Shown here: piece after piece, positions 62,490-64,000 of the stretch
Numbering within the stretch: the first letter of the stretch is position 1
Layout: every line of letters begins with the position of its first letter
Assembly: GCA_963758635.1 (NCBI GenBank)
Contig: CAVWWD010000005.1
Coordinates: forward strand, 64,001 to 128,000
DNA: 64,000 nucleotides
Reading direction: 5' to 3'
Origin: an uncultured Candidatus Rokubacteria bacterium
Lineage (GTDB): Bacteria > Methylomirabilota > Methylomirabilia > Rokubacteriales > CSP1-6
Program-made: the position numbers and the translations under genes
The notes under the pieces: generated by a model
What the model saw: only the letters and a program-made list of their open reading frames with translations
Told to the model about the DNA's origin: nothing
Databases searched by the model: none

Positions 62490-64000
62490 ACTCGGAGGGG
62501 GAGCGGCCGCCCCGCGCAACGGCGGGGTCAGACCCTCGCGCAACGTAGGCGACGACGGCGAGCAGCAGGACGGAAGCGGCGCTCACGGCGAGGCCTGCCC
62601 ATTCGGGGAGACTCGGGGCGTAACGGAGCTCCACGTCGCCGGCGGCGGGGGGGCGCTCCACCTCGAGGAGGCCGGTGACCCCGCGGCGAGTGGAGAGGTC
62701 GCCGGCTGCGACACGCGCCCGCCAGAGCGGCGAGTAGCCGATGCCGGTGACGATCCACGGTCCGGTCCCCATCGCCTCGACCCGCACGCGGTCCGGCTCC
62801 AACCACAGGGGCAGGGGCGCGGCCGCCTTCGAGGAGAACACCAGGAAGGGTCCGACGCGACGGGCCTCGCCGAAGCGCCCGCCGGGGCCGAGGAATCCCA
62901 GGCGGTCCGCGTCCTCGTCCAGCGCCACCACGACGGACACGCGGAACGCGTCGGCCAGTCGCTCGAACTGCTCGGTTCGCAGGACGCCGAGCGCCGTGCC
63001 GAACAGGGTCACGCCGTCCCGCTGCTCGACGAGCATGGTGATGGGCGCCACCGGCGAGCCCCGGTAGACGAAGCCGGCCACGGGCGACGGGTGGGTGAAC
63101 GTGCCGTTGACGATCTCGCGTCCCGCGCGGAGCGGGGTGAGCGCGGTGATGTGTGAATGCGCACGCCACCACTCCCGCCGGTACTCGAGCGGCACCGAGG
63201 AGCGCACGAAGAGGACCCGGCCGGGCGGCGCCCGTCGCAGCGCCTCCCAGAGCGCATCGAGGCGCGTGCCCGCGACCACCTCCGCGTAGGTCGGCCACTG
63301 GCCGCGGACCGGCCAGAGCGACAGCGTGGGCTCGTTGCGCCCGGCGGGAAGCAGCGCGACCACGCAGGCGATCGCGCCGAGCGCGAGCCCCCACGGCGGC
63401 AGCGCGGGAACGAGCCGCGCGAGGGCGGCGAGGCCCACCGACGCGCCGAGCACCAGGGCCAGGACCACGCCGTCGGCCACGCGGTCGGCGGGAAGCCAGC
63501 GCGCGCCGAGCTCGCCGAGGAGGGCGTCAGACGGCCACCAGCCCGACGGCCGCGGGCGCCAGGGCGAGCAGCCAGCCGATGCCGCGATCGGCGTCGGCGC
63601 GGCGCGCGTGCCCGACCCAGGCCGCGGCGGTGGCGGCGGCGAGCACGGCGAGCAGCGGATAGTCGGCGAGACGGCGCGCGAGCCCGGACAGCGACGCGTC
63701 GCCCCAGGCGAGCGGCAGCGTCATGTCGAAGCGGCTGACCAGGGGCGTGAGCCAGAACGCGGTCAGCCCCGCGCCGAGGCCCAGGACGAGACCGGCGTGG
63801 ACCGCGCGGCTCTCGGGAGGGCCGGGCGCGACGGCGAGGGCGAGGAGCACCATGGCCGCGGCGAGCGGCGCGTGCGCGGGGTGGGCGAGCACGATGGCCG
63901 CGAGGACGACGGCGGGCACGAGGGGCGACCGCGACCGCCCCTCGATCCACCGGACGAGCGCCAGCGCGAGGAACGGCAGCAGACCCCAGCCGAGCCGCGC
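62467..64000 (-). CDS. Large membrane protein, 5' end outside the window (frameshift near 63529); possibly GT-C/YfhO-like
   Basis: Hydrophobic ORFs 63527-63919 and 62467-63480 join if one base is removed; family assignment weak. Confidence 0.5.

Noticed and set aside
58869..62543. 1224-aa minus-strand ORF and similar long antisense ORFs (e.g. 14964-17753, 27000-29261)
   Set aside because: Stop-poor shadows of recognisable genes in high-GC DNA; no motifs.
63527..63529. Second Sec codon in the terminal membrane protein
   Set aside because: The continuation is in a different frame, so an indel explains it; no Cys-type motif context.

Overview
This is a very GC-rich bacterial chromosomal segment. 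Its gene content (STAND-type adenylate cyclase, Liv-type ABC transporter, two TldD/PmbA pairs, form-II CoxL-like protein) resembles Candidatus Rokubacteria/Methylomirabilota, but that assignment is inference only. About 55 genes can be supported. They include a racemase/FAD-oxidase/enolase catabolic operon with a split ABC transporter, mutY and a mutT-VOC fusion, TPP riboswitch-thiS-thiG-thiE, hydantoinase B/A, tldD-pmbA-tatD, tcuA, uppP, a GT-C/GT2 glycosylation cluster, moeA, an SplB-like radical SAM gene and a family-B DNA polymerase. Nine genes carry single-base frameshifts, most likely long-read indel errors. Main unexplained signals: (1) a signal-peptide rhodanese with an in-frame TGA at the active-site Cys position (Y-U-A-C-P-H) and a SECIS-like hairpin, inside a moeA-tldD-rhodanese-pmbA operon; (2) an integron attC-like site overlapping the stop codon of the lower-GC cyclase gene; (3) four dispersed repeat families, one always starting at a stop codon and one inserted in frame, in tandem, inside a protein; (4) a convergent radical SAM/PolB pair, both ending in clamp-binding-like motifs, with a palindromic operator over the radical SAM promoter; (5) repeated TGC-TAnnnT leaderless-type promoters. 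No rRNA, tRNA, CRISPR array, transposase or integrase was seen.
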